NCBI GenBank assembly: GCA_963514005.1
Contig: OY740800.1
Span: 30,442,001-30,506,000, forward strand
DNA from: Raja brachyura
Lineage: Eukaryota
Direction: 5' to 3'
Length of the DNA: 64,000 nt
Of this stretch, positions 23,253-34,535 are shown piece after piece. A program made the position numbers and the translations under genes. The notes under the pieces were generated by a model. The model was not told where the DNA came from. It worked only from the letters and a program-made list of their open reading frames with translations, and did not search any database. Position 1 is the first letter of the stretch; each line of letters begins with the position of its first letter.

Positions 23253-25071
23253 GTGATCACTTAGGCAGCTTGGGTTACTCGTCATCAATAAACATAAACA
23301 GGATGAAAGGCAAAGATGTAACGTTTACATGGGGCTCCCTGAGGTGGATGTGAATCAGGAAAGAATCTAATTAGATAATTCATCCAACAAACCTCTTGAA
23401 CGTGGCAACAGGAGCTATAAACGCAGGAGTACGCCATTCACCCTTTGTGTCTTCTACACTATAAAATTATAGTTAATCATTTACCGAAGTGTTAATTCAA
23501 TGCACATTAACCCCTCAATTACCTGACGGTCCAAAAATAAATTGATCTCTTTCTTAAACGTATTAATTGACTAAGCCTCCACAACTTCCCTCGGGACAGA
23601 ATTCCAGAGATTGACTATCCTGGGTGAAGAAATTCCTTTTGACCTCAATTCTGAATGTCCTTTAATTTGAAACTGTGGTCCCCAGTTCTGGACTCTCAGC
23701 CAGAGATGTCATCCTCTTGTGTCAAGCTTTGTAACATTTTTCTGTGTTCCAATGCAAACATCTCTCATCCTTCTAAATGTTGGAGAGAACATGCCCAGTC
23801 TGCTTCATCTCTGGTCAGTTGAAAAATCTGCTCATCCCAGGGTTCCATCTGTACCTCTCTCTGTTACAAGTAGAACCATCGAGCACCCATTTAAACTCAT
23901 CCCATTTAATGTTCCTCAACAACTCCCCCATAGATTCTATAATTCACCGAAAACTAGGTGTATTATACAGCAGCAAATTAGATGACCAACCTGCATGACT
24001 TTGGGATGTGGGAGAATTCCCATGTGGTCACATATGACAATTTCTGTATTTCACATTAAGCACTGGAGGTTAGGATTGAATCCTGGCCTCTGGAGCTGTA
24101 TCACTGATTCACCCTTCCTTAGATTGGGAAAGACAGAACTGTACACCACATTCTGGTATGGTCTCACCAGGCCCTATATAATTTTAGTAAAATCTCTTTG
24201 CACATGGACTTCTCATGCAACCTTTCCTCATTGCTTGCTCATTAGCATGTTAGCTTTCGGTGATGGGTGCACAAAATCCCCATATCCCTCCAAGGTTACA
24301 ATAGAGTGCAAGAGGAAGAAAGTCCTGATTGTTGTAACATCACAATAGGAATATTGTGCCAAGCCTGGACACCACAGTGTAGAAAGCGTGGAGGCTGTAG
24401 AGGGGGTGTGACACAGATTTACTAAAATTATTCCAGGGATGAGTGAATTTATGTGGAGAGACTGGACAAGCTGGAGTTGTTCTCCATGGACCAGAGAAGA
24501 ATAGTAAATTGAATTTCACTGTACCTGAATTGGTACATGTGACAATAAACTGACCTTGAAACCTTGAATGAGAGGGAGAATGCTGGATGCATTTTGAGGG
24601 GGTACAGACAGAAACTGTAGGCAATGGTGGAAGGGGGAAGGTTCCTCTTTCTGTAGATGGTGATAGGAGAGGAAATAACATTCCAAGGAGGTATTTTTCC
24701 TACCCTGGCGTTCCCATCCCGCTGTGACTCCATCAACAATAAATGCAGTGTTTACTGCTGGTGGTGTTGGGTGGGTTTTTTTTCTACCCCTCGTGTTATT
24801 CTGGGCTGAAGTGAAATTCATTGCTACAGAAGGCTGCGGAGGCCAAGTCAATGGCGATTTTTAAGGCAGAGATAGGTAGATTCGTGATTAGTAGGTATAT
24901 CAGGGGTTATGAGGAGAATGGGGGTTGTGAGGGAAAAATAGATCAGCCATGGTTGAATGGTGGAGTAGACTTGATGGGCTGAATGGCCTAATTCTGCTCC
25001 TATAACTAATGCACATGTAACATGGGATGGGCTGTGGATCCGGTGACTAACTCTGGGCCCTCTCGCCGCAG

Positions 25072-25625
25072 GTGTGGCGCTCGGCAGCCTGGGCCTGGAC
25101 ACCGAGCTGTGCTGCCTGGCGGTGGCACAGCGGAGGAAGGCGCTGATCTGCGGGTTGGCCTCGGGCTGTCTGGCCGTTTTCTGCACCAGGACATTGCGGG
25201 AGCTGGAGCGCCGACCCCCGCCCGGGCCCTGCGGCGCCGTCCGCTGCGCCGCCCTCAGCAGCGGCGAGGAGAGGCTGGCGACGGCCGGCGGCAGCGGCCT
25301 GGTGTCGGTGTATGCGCTGGGCCTGGCCGAGGCTGGGCCGCTGCTGGGCGAGCTGCTGCTAACCGTTGCTAGCCCGCCCGGCTCGGTCGCCTCCAGCGTC
25401 GCTGTCCTGTCGGACTGCAGCCTGTTGCTCGGCACGGACACCGGGAAGCTACTCTTCCATGGCGCCCGGTGCTCGACGCCCACCGTCCTGGAGCCTCACG
25501 ACAGCCGGATCACCTGCCTGGAGACCAGCCATAATGAGCTGTATGTGTTCAGCGGATGCCATGGGCCCGTCCAGAGGCTGTGGAACCTGTCCAGGCGGCA
25601 CTGGCAACACGAGATGTCCTACAAG
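25072..25625 (+). CDS. NWD1: NWD1 coding exon (WD40), unusually GC/CpG-rich
   Basis: ctcgccgcag|GT...AAG|gtgag; 554 nt, open; LEPHDSRITCLETSH...LWNL..RHWQHEMSYK. Confidence 0.9.
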
Positions 25626-25849
25626 GTGAGGAGCAGCAGTCCCCTCACCAACCACACATTGGGGAGAGGCCATTCAGCCTATCATACATGCCCTTACTCT
25701 TCTAACGACCTGTCCAATTCAATCCATCCCATCTTTGCTCCTCATTTTCTGGTTACCATTGATTCTATGTCCCACCCCCTCATGCAGTGCATCCAGGCAT
25801 CCTCTCTGTGAAAAGAATAAAAGCACCAGCATTTCAGTAACATATAACA

Positions 25850-27252
25850 ACAAGTGAGGATAGTTGAAAAATTGTCCTCTACGATAATCCTTAATACTGG
25901 TGCCCCGCAAGGTTTCTTTACTCCGTACACCACCCCCCCCCCCCCCCCCCCCCCCCGGCTGTGCAGCCATATCCAAACCCAACTCAATTTACAAATTTGG
26001 AGAGAATACCGCTGTAGGGGGCTGGATATGAAATACCAACGAGACTGAATACAGGAAGAAGATTGAGAACCTTGTAACCTGTGGTCAAGACCTTTCGCTC
26101 GCTGTCAACAAGACAAAATAGATTGTGATCAACTTCAGAAAGCGAAGCAGTGCACATACCTGGAGTACACTGACGGTGCTGAATAAGAGATGGTTTAAAT
26201 CTTCAAGTTCCTAGGAGAAAATATCACCAGCAGCTTGTCCTGGACCAGCCATATCGAAGCAATGGCCAAGAAAGCACACCAACACCTCAACTTCCTTAGA
26301 AGGCTTCGGAAGTCCCCAACAACTCTCTCCAACTTCCAAAGATAGAAACATAGAAAATAGGTGCTGGAGGAGGCCATTCGGCCCTTCGATCCAGCAACGC
26401 GATTCATTCTGATCATGGCTGATCGGCCCCTATTAATAACCCGTGCCTGCCTTTTCCCCATATCCCTTGACTCCACTAGCCCATAGAGCTCTATCTAACT
26501 CTCTCTTAAATCCATCCAGTGACTTGGCCTCCACTGCCCTCTGTGGCAGGGATTTCCATAAATTCACAACTCTCTCGGTGAAAATGTTTTTTCTCACCTC
26601 AGTCTTAAATGACCTCCCCTTTATTCTAAGACTGTGGCCCCTGGTTCTGGACTCGCCCCACATTGGGAACATTTTTCCTGCATCTAGCGCCGGAAGAGAT
26701 GCGCCGGAAAAAGCATTTTATCGGGATGCATCAAAGCATAGCTTGGGAACAGCTCCATCCAAGACCATAAGAAATTGCAGAGAATTGTGGATGCAGCTCA
26801 GACCATCTCAAACCTACCTTTCTTCCATTAATTCCATCTACACTTCACACTGCCTTGGCAGGGCCACCAGCATAATCAAGAACAAGTCTCACCCTGGATT
26901 TTCTCTCATCATCCCTCCCCCATCAGGCAAGAGGTACAGAAGTGTGAAAAAGCATACCTCCAGATTCAGGCAAACTTTCTTTCCAGTCATCATCAGGCAT
27001 CTGAACAATTCCATCACCCTCTAGAGAGTGGTCATGACCTACCATCTACCTCATTGGAGACCCTCAGACCATCTTTAGGTGGACTTTACTAGACTTTATC
27101 TTGTACTAAACATTATGCCCTTTATCCTGTATCGGTATACTGTGGACGGCTGGACTGTAAACATGTGTAGTCTTTCTGCTGACTGGATAGCACTCGACAA
27201 AAAACTTCTCACTGTACCTCGATACACATGACAATAAACTAAACTAAACTAC
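25850..27252 (+). mobile_element. Rex1/Babar-like LINE fragment with nested CR1
   Basis: ILNTGAPQG, FKFLG, KKAHQ.L.FLRRL, PSGKRYRSV..HTSRF..TFFP; ends AATAAA(CTAAA)n. Confidence 0.75.
26342..26687 (-). mobile_element. CR1 3' fragment nested in the Rex-like LINE
   Basis: MFPMWGESRTRGHSLRIKGR.FKTEVRKN.FTERVVNLW on the minus strand, with the TTCTATGT tail. Confidence 0.88.
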
Positions 27253-27484
27253 AGTGAGTCGGACATCGACCAAGATAATGTTACGGTACACACCACTTTG
27301 GAATAATCTGAAGTGCATTCTTAAAAGACTAATGTTGTTGGGATTAATAATCAGATTCAAAAACTAATTGGACAACCACCAACTGGGAAAACAATCACAG
27401 AGGATGCAAGGAAAGAGCAGAGCAATGCAATTGTTCCTTTAAACAGCTGACGTAGACTGGTTGAACCTGTGTTGTATCACTTTG

Positions 27485-27848
27485 GGACATGTTTGTGTGT
27501 GCGTAAGTGTGTGTGTTTCTAAGTGTGTGTATTTGCTTGTGTGTTTGAATGCATGTGTCTATATGTACACACCTGCATGTCTATATGTGCATGGCTATGC
27601 ATGTGTGGGTGCAGTGTGTTCCTGTGTGCATATGCACATCTATTTATCCGTGGGGGTGTGTTAATGTACGCACTGACTGTGTGTTCACGTAGGTGTCTCT
27701 GTGTGCGCATGCACAGGTACATGTGTGCATTCATCGATATGCATGTATGGCTATATCTATGTCTACATGCAAAGGAGTATGTATGCACGTGTGTATGTGC
27801 CTGGTGTGCATGTGTATGCACATGTGCATAAGTGCATACATGTGTATA
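27485..27848. repeat. Degenerate (TG/TA/CA)n alternating purine-pyrimidine tract
   Basis: Directly visible low-complexity tgtgtgcatgtatg sequence. Confidence 0.85.
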
Positions 27849-28614
27849 AGACCTCACATGACCTCGCAATGCGAAAACAGACTGATCTTTTGCCCACTCA
27901 GAGGACCTAGCACTGGGGAGGAACACTGAAAGGAAAATTTCCAGTGACTAGATGTGTGAGAGTCATGGACTGTTGGAACGTGATTTTAATTTTTTTTTAA
28001 AGATTATGAGTTGCAATGAACCTTAGAGCAATATGTGCCTAATGTGGACAAATGAGATCAGAGTAAATAAGTATCATGGTCGGCATGGACAAGGTGGGCT
28101 GGAAATGCCACATACAGTCTGTGCTGTATGTTTCCATGGTACTAGTGTGGGTGTGATGTACGTGACACCGCGGTTTCCTAATCTCTCGTGTGGTAAGGTG
28201 CAGAATGTGTTCAGTGGGAGACATAGAGTTTTCCGTGTCAAGGTTCTTGTCAGACAGATAAGGAGTCACATAAAGCTCGAGAGATGATATTAGTGAGTTC
28301 AGGTAAAGCCTGATATCCCAACAGGGCTCAATGCATTGAGGACCTCAGCTAAGCTAACAGCAAAAGCTCATCAGAGATCACTCTGTAGAAACAGGTGATT
28401 TGATCAAATTGATAAATCTGTTAAATAAGTTCTTCAAAAAAAGAGGAAGCAATGTAGCGTATATAATAATGAGGTTGTGATCACTAATCGGCACTATAAA
28501 GCTGCAACCCCTTATAGTATTGCTCAAGAATATTGTAATGAAATAGTTGTAGATTAAAGAAGAAGCATTAGATTATGAACATTTCTTGAAAAGAAAGACA
28601 AGCAAAAAAACTAG

Positions 28615-29475
28615 TCAAAAAATAAAGTGCTGGAGGAACTCAGCGGGTTAGACAGCATCCATGGAGGGAATGGACAAATGACGTTTCTGGTTGGGGCCCT
28701 TGTTCAGATGCTTGTAGTGGTGTGGGCGGAGGGGGGGGGGGCAAAGCCTAGGAAATGATAGTTGGTTAGAGGTGAGAGGTGTTTGATTGGCAGATGGGTG
28801 GAGTAAGTGACAAAGGGTCAGAGATGACAAGGAGGCAACAGAGTGATGGATAGAGGAGGATTGAAATGTAAAACCAGAGGCAGGGGCTTGGTGGAAGGGG
28901 ATGAAAGGAAAGGGGAAGAGGGGTAGGTGAAAGGGGAATGAGGAACTCGGGGATGGGAACTGAGTGTGCGAAGGAAGGGAAAGGAACATGGTGATTGGGG
29001 AGGGGAAAGTGCAAGAAATGGGTGTACTCCGGGGTGGGGGTGGGAGGCACAGGATACGTAGAGGAGGTAGTGGGGTTATTATTTAAAATGGAAGAATTTG
29101 GTGTTCGACCGGATTATCTCCCTCTTTCCTCTATCCCCTGTGCCATGTACCCACCTATATCCCTCTCTCTGGCTTTACACTTCACTTCTCTTTACCCCTT
29201 ATCTGACACCCTTTTGTCCCCTCTTTCATCTCTAACCTTTGTCACTTCACCCATCTGCCAATCAAACCCTGTCACAATCCACTTTCCAGGCATTGTCTCA
29301 TTCTAACCTCTATTTCCTGACTTTCTCTCCCTCTACTACAATTAATGTGAAGAAGAGTTCTGACCCAACACGTTGCCTGTCTATTCCATCCACAGATGCC
29401 TCCTGACCCGTTGAGCTCCTCCAGCACTTCGTATTTTGCTCAAGATTCTAATATCTGCAGTTCCTTGTGTCTCCA
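28615..29475. mobile_element. Inverted pair of Penelope-derived 3'/terminal fragments
   Basis: 28625-28710 is inverted to 29346-29430; ttgattggcagatgggtg...gtgacaaagg is inverted to cctttgtcac...cacccatctgccaatcaa. Confidence 0.72.
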
Positions 29476-29644
29476 TTAGAAATTTGATGTTTGCTTTTAA
29501 AACACAGGGATGTGAAGTTCAAAGTAAGAGATGTTTTAAAAATCATCTTAGTTTCAAAAGGAAGGGACTCTGTTCACAAGAAATAATGTCCTCTCCAGCC
29601 ATGTACTAATTATAGATGCATGCTATGGAAAAAGGAGCATCCAC

Positions 29645-30547
29645 CAACACCAAAACACCAAACACCAACAGCGTGTTTGTTTTTCTACTTTTTTTGTTTT
29701 TGTTAGTGTCTTAATGTATGTTTTTATGTGTGTCTTAATGTGTTTCACTCGGTGTGTCTTATGTGGGAGGGGGGGGGGTGTGGTGTGGGGGGGTAAGGGG
29801 GGAACTGTTTCGGTCGCCTCCTCCACAGAGAGGCGACTTTTTCCATGTAGCCTCCCCCATGGCCTAACATAGAGGATCGGTGAGGCCTTTCCCAGAGACA
29901 CGCCCGGGCTTCAGCAGCGGGCACAGCGAGGACACTTTAGTCGCGGAGCGGGCGAGCCTTCGCCGGGGCTCGCCGGAGGGGAGCACTCTGTTCGCTGGCC
30001 CTGGGCAGCCTGAAGCCGCGGTCTGCGGAGCTCCAGCTGGCGGGGTAATGAGCCTGGGACCCGGGAAGAGAAGAGCTCCAACCGCCGACCCGCGGCCTAC
30101 TTCTACCGCGAGCGCGGGGGGGACTTCTACATCCGGAGCGGGCTCCCTCGCCGGGGATCCCTGGAGAGGAGCTCCGACCACCGGCCCTGTGGTCTGCGGT
30201 GCTTCTTGCTGCGGCGTGGCGGGGACTTTAGATCTTCGACCGCCGGCCTGCGGCCTACAGCAACTTGAAGCCGCGGCCTCCGGTGGGGAGGCACCGATTC
30301 AGGACTTACCTGGACTTACCTTGTCTGAACATCTGGACGCCCGCAGCGGCGACTGTTGGGGTCCCGACCATGGGGGAAAATGGAGGAGGACTGGCCAAAT
30401 GTTGTGCCTTCCACCACAGTGATGAATGCTGTGGTGGATGTTTGTATTAATTTTTTATTGTGTATTGTCTGTTCTTTTTTTATTGTACTGGCAAATTAAT
30501 TTCACTTGCACTTTATGTGCAAGTGCCGAATAAAACTCGACTAGACG
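29645..30547 (+). mobile_element. Unclassified GC-rich interspersed repeat, probably a non-LTR retrotransposon 3' UTR
   Basis: CpG-rich block between T-rich tracts, ending AATAAA plus a short (CTCGA/CTAGA) tail like the other LINE ends; no coding motifs. Confidence 0.45.
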
Positions 30548-31225
30548 TGACAAATGGAAGAGAGTTGATATGGGACAGGAAGTGGAACCAAATATGGAAC
30601 AAGTTTCCTGACCTTAAAAAGTTTAGACAGAGGCAACTAGGGGCATCAGAAGTGCTTGCTCAGACATTCTCAAGAAATCCTACTCACGAGAAAGATTTTG
30701 TATAATTTTACGATAAAATGGAAAAATAGCAAAAACCTAGGACAATTGTCAACAGCTTGTCTGTTACGTAAGAGTCTCAAGGATATGCATAATCCTGTGG
30801 GCTCAAACACAACTTATGAAACATAGGAGAGATCAAAAAGAACAGCATGTGCATCAGAACTGTACATTTCAGGGCTACAATGAATACAGCCTCTGACTAT
30901 GTACCTGCCGGGGGGGAAGGGAACCTCGAAAAGCAGCACTGGGATAAATCAGACCACAAGAAAAGATCATGGAAGATAAATAGATAGGTACCAGGCGCAT
31001 GGTCTGATATGGCCTCTAATAAATGTACTTCGCCCATGTGCCTGCATTCTGTTGTGTAATTGTCTTGATAAATGGAAAACAATAATCAAGGTTTTTCTCA
31101 CTGTTGGCCTGCACATAAGAATCTAACACAGACCTTACAATAGTGGTCCTTCCTTATCACTGAGGCAAATTATTATATAACTCTGGAGAGTACACTCTGA
31201 CTTTCTGCTCTTCTCACCCAAACAG

Positions 31226-31331
31226 GGCGCATTCTTTGAAGGAGTGGTCTGTGCTGCATTCTCACAGGACGATCGCCACATCTATACCGGTTCCCAGGAT
31301 CGCAGCATCAAAGTCTGGGATGTTCAGAACG
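31226..31331 (+). CDS. NWD1: NWD1 penultimate coding exon (WD40); its frame is not in the ORF track
   Basis: caaacag|GGC...AAC G|gtcgg; GAFFEGVVCAAFSQDDRHIYTGSQDRSIKVWDVQN. Confidence 0.9.
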
Positions 31332-31500
31332 GTCGGTACCCAATTCCCTGTCATTTGGAAGACTGTAGGTTTCAGAAAGGTTCCCTGGATTGAGTTGTGG
31401 GAGGAAGGGATTGGCATATGAGGAAGGGTGAGATGATCGAGAGGAGATCTGATCGAAACATGCAACTCCATAGGGGATTTAAGAGAGAGTCCATGGCTCC

Positions 31501-31675
31501 ATGGCTATATTTAAGAGGGTTAGATGTGGCCCTTGTGGCTAAGGGGATCAGAGGGTATGGAGAGAAGGCAGGTACGGGATACTGAGTTGGATGATCAGCC
31601 ATGATCATATTGAATGGCGGTGCAGGCTCGAAGGGCCGAATGGCCTACTCCTGCACCTAATTTCTATGTTTCTAT
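31501..31675 (+). mobile_element. CR1 3' end fragment
   Basis: Same 3' UTR and TTCTATGT tail as 10700-10887 and 62210-62385. Confidence 0.88.
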
Positions 31676-32186
31676 TTGCACAGTAGATGCTGTGAGGATT
31701 CTTTCTCTGGGAGTTGGGAGGGAGGGGAGGTGGTGTTTTGGGTGGTGGTGGTGGACCAAAGGTAACATTTCAGAATGTTCCTGAAGCTCCTTGTTTCAGA
31801 ATAAGGCCTTTCCATCTCCTCTGTTGCCCGTTTCAAAGGAGATGTGCAGGAAACTCCTCTCTCAGTGGGGGTTGTGTCCCTTTTGTGTTCTCCACCCCAG
31901 AGAGCTGTCATAGCAATTCAAAGCAGTTACTTTTACTGTTTACTATTCATTGAAGGGATGTGGGTTTCACAGGCTGAGCCACACCTGAGGTCAAGCATTT
32001 CATTGTCTTTCACTAATTGCCCTTGAGAAGGTGGTGGTGAGCAGCCTCCTTGAACTACTACAGTATTTGACATGTATATATACCCGCAATGCTGTTAGGG
32101 AGGGAGTTCCAAGATTTCGACCCAGCTACGGTGATGGAATGGTGATATATTTCCAGTTGGGGCATTGCAGGGCATCTATCAGGAGG

Positions 32187-32280
32187 TTACACAAAAAGCT
32201 GGAGAAACTCAGCGGGTGCAGCAGCATCTAAGGAGCGAAGGAGATAGGCGACGTTTCAGGTCGAGACCCTTCTTCAGACA
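32187..32280 (-). repeat. Penelope-derived repeat with intact minimal hammerhead core
   Basis: Minus strand: CUGAAGA A GGGUCUCGACCU GAAAC GUC. Confidence 0.72.
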
Positions 32281-33191
32281 TCTATCAGGAGGTGGTCTCC
32301 CCTTGCTTTTGGCGCCCTTGTCCCTCTTGCGAGTTGGATATTGACATTGCCCAGCACTTGTGTGGTGAGAATGTAACTTGTCGCATCCATCCAGGCCTTT
32401 ATATTGCTGCATTTAGTTGCAGGCTGCATCATTGTCTGAGGTGTCACTGTTGGTGCTGAACATTGTGGACTCAGCAGTGAACGTCCCTGCTTCTGGCCTT
32501 AATGACTGAAGGAAGACTAATGATGAAGCAGCTGAAAATGTCTGAGGAACTCCTGCAGAGATGTTTTGTCTGACAAACATTGGCACAATACAGGAGTCTG
32601 GGGTGGGGGAAGACAGTGAGATTGTGGTTTTGAGGCGAAGGTTAGACGATTGCATGGTGGAGCAAGCCCAGCGAGCTGACTGGCTTGCCCTTTGCGGTTG
32701 TTTCTTTGTTCTTAACAGCTTTTGGCATCTTGCGCCACAATCTCTGTGAGACCTCTCCTTGCTTCTGCTCCTCCTGCTGCATCAAAGCACTTGGGCTTTC
32801 CTGAGCTCTTCCACCTGTGTAGAGAGACTTGGGGACAGGTCACAGCTACACGGAGTGCTCTGTACCACGCCCCTGTACCTCAAGATACAGAAGCTGACAA
32901 CTGCAGATGGGCCACTGGATTTACTCTGCAGAGGAAGAATACCACCCTTCCCACATGCCTGCTGCAAGGCTTCTGCCCAAACAAGTAAACAAACAGCACT
33001 GTGCATTATAAGGGAGTGAGAAGCCTACTTTTTGCAACAACTGAATGTATGCAATTTCAGAAATCTATTTATGATTGTTTACAGTTTAACCAAAAATGCC
33101 TCTTCCTGTTACTCCACCATGGACTCATTAGCTTGTTAGTCAGTTGGACTTCTAGTACCAAGAACAATGTGTTGAGGTTTTCTCTTTCTAA

Positions 33192-33500
33192 AGGGCCTGC
33201 CTACAAGCATGCAACTCTATGCGATTAGCACAACCTAACATGGTCGCTTAAGCCGTCCGGCGTCGCGGGGCCAGTCCCACTTCGATCGCCGGAGCCGTGC
33301 AGAATTGTGCGGAGTTAGTCCCGAGTTCGTCCCGACACCGCGCGGGGCTCCGAAAAACTGACTATGTCCAAAAATTCTGCGCGGCAACGGCTTGGCGGCT
33401 CGCAGTCGCCTCGACGCATTACACACCGCCCCGACATCGTGCCTCCGTGAACCTATCTGTAGGTGCCTCCGTGACCCTCTATGTGTGTGGCTCCGTGGCC

Positions 33501-33531
<31 letters not shown>

Positions 33532-33796
33532 CCTCGGTGCCCCTCTCTGTGTGCCCCTCTCTGTCCTGGCGAACTTACCTTAGACTTCGCTCCAAGTTCG
33601 CCTCACTATGCGCCGCGTTGCGCCACTCACCCGACCTCCGCGCGGCCCCTACTGCCGGTTTGGTCGCGCTTGCCGCATGCAGGCGCATGCTGGTGGGAAC
33701 GGCCCTGTACAGGGGATCACCCGACCTCCGCGCGGCCCCTGCTTCTAGTTTGATCGCGTTCATCGCATAGAGTTGCATGCTTGTAGGACAGGCCCT
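33192..33796. mobile_element. Non-autonomous PIF/Harbinger-type MITE
   Basis: About 34-bp TIRs AGGGCCTG(T)CCTACAAGCATGCAACTCTATGCGAT, with TAA on both sides (33189-91, 33797-99). Internal (TG)n and a duplicated TCACCCGACCTCCGCGCGGCCCCT. Confidence 0.85.
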
Positions 33797-34535
33797 TAAC
33801 TGCCGAAAAAATGTATTTGTGCTCCTCTCGAATCCTTGTTACTAGACTATGTTGGCTTGTTACTATAGAGTAGACCTTTCTCTCATTACCTTACCCACCT
33901 CAGTTAAACCTCCCCTTCAGCCTACTTTGTTTCAAAGAGAAACCACAGCCCCTCATAAATCTCCTCGGTAACGTTTTCAGTGCGGTCACATCCTTCCTTA
34001 GATTTTTGGATTCTGGGGCTGCAGGGGGAACCAAATGTTGTGACGACCAGGCGGGGAAAGGTGGAGCTGAGGCAATCAGCTCGGGCAAGATGTGATTCAA
34101 TGGTGGAACAGGTTTGTGGGATCGGATTACTGCTCCTTCTCCGTGTTCCTGTCACGCGTTATGTCAAAACTCTGCACGTCACCGTGACTACGGCCGACTT
34201 AATGTCAGAATTTAGTCTTCAATCTTCCTAGTCAAGTATTTTATGCCTATTGAGGAAAGGTGAATGGAAGGGCGTTGGGGGTACAGGTACAGAGATCCTT
34301 GAAATTTTCAACACCGCTTTCAGAGTACTGAAAAAAGCATGCTTGGTTTCTTAGCCGAAGCAGAGTTGGGAGTTCAGGTACTGATGTGCAAATCAATGTC
34401 CAATCAACTGGAATATAGTGTGCAGTTCTAGTTGCCATGTAAAGTAAGCTAGAAAGGCTACATAAAGCAATCGCAGGAAAGTTGCCTGGACTGAAGGCTT
34501 GAGCTATATAGAGAGATTGGAAGGCTGGAAATGGT

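Noticed and set aside
24848-25483. 211-aa minus-strand ORF
   Set aside because: Shadow of the GC-rich NWD1 exon running into a CR1 fragment
27461-27929. Cys/Val/His-rich ORFs in several frames
   Set aside because: Translations of a TG/CA microsatellite-like tract
29880-30422. 180-aa ORF
   Set aside because: GC-rich repeat, non-ATG start, no domain motifs or splice context
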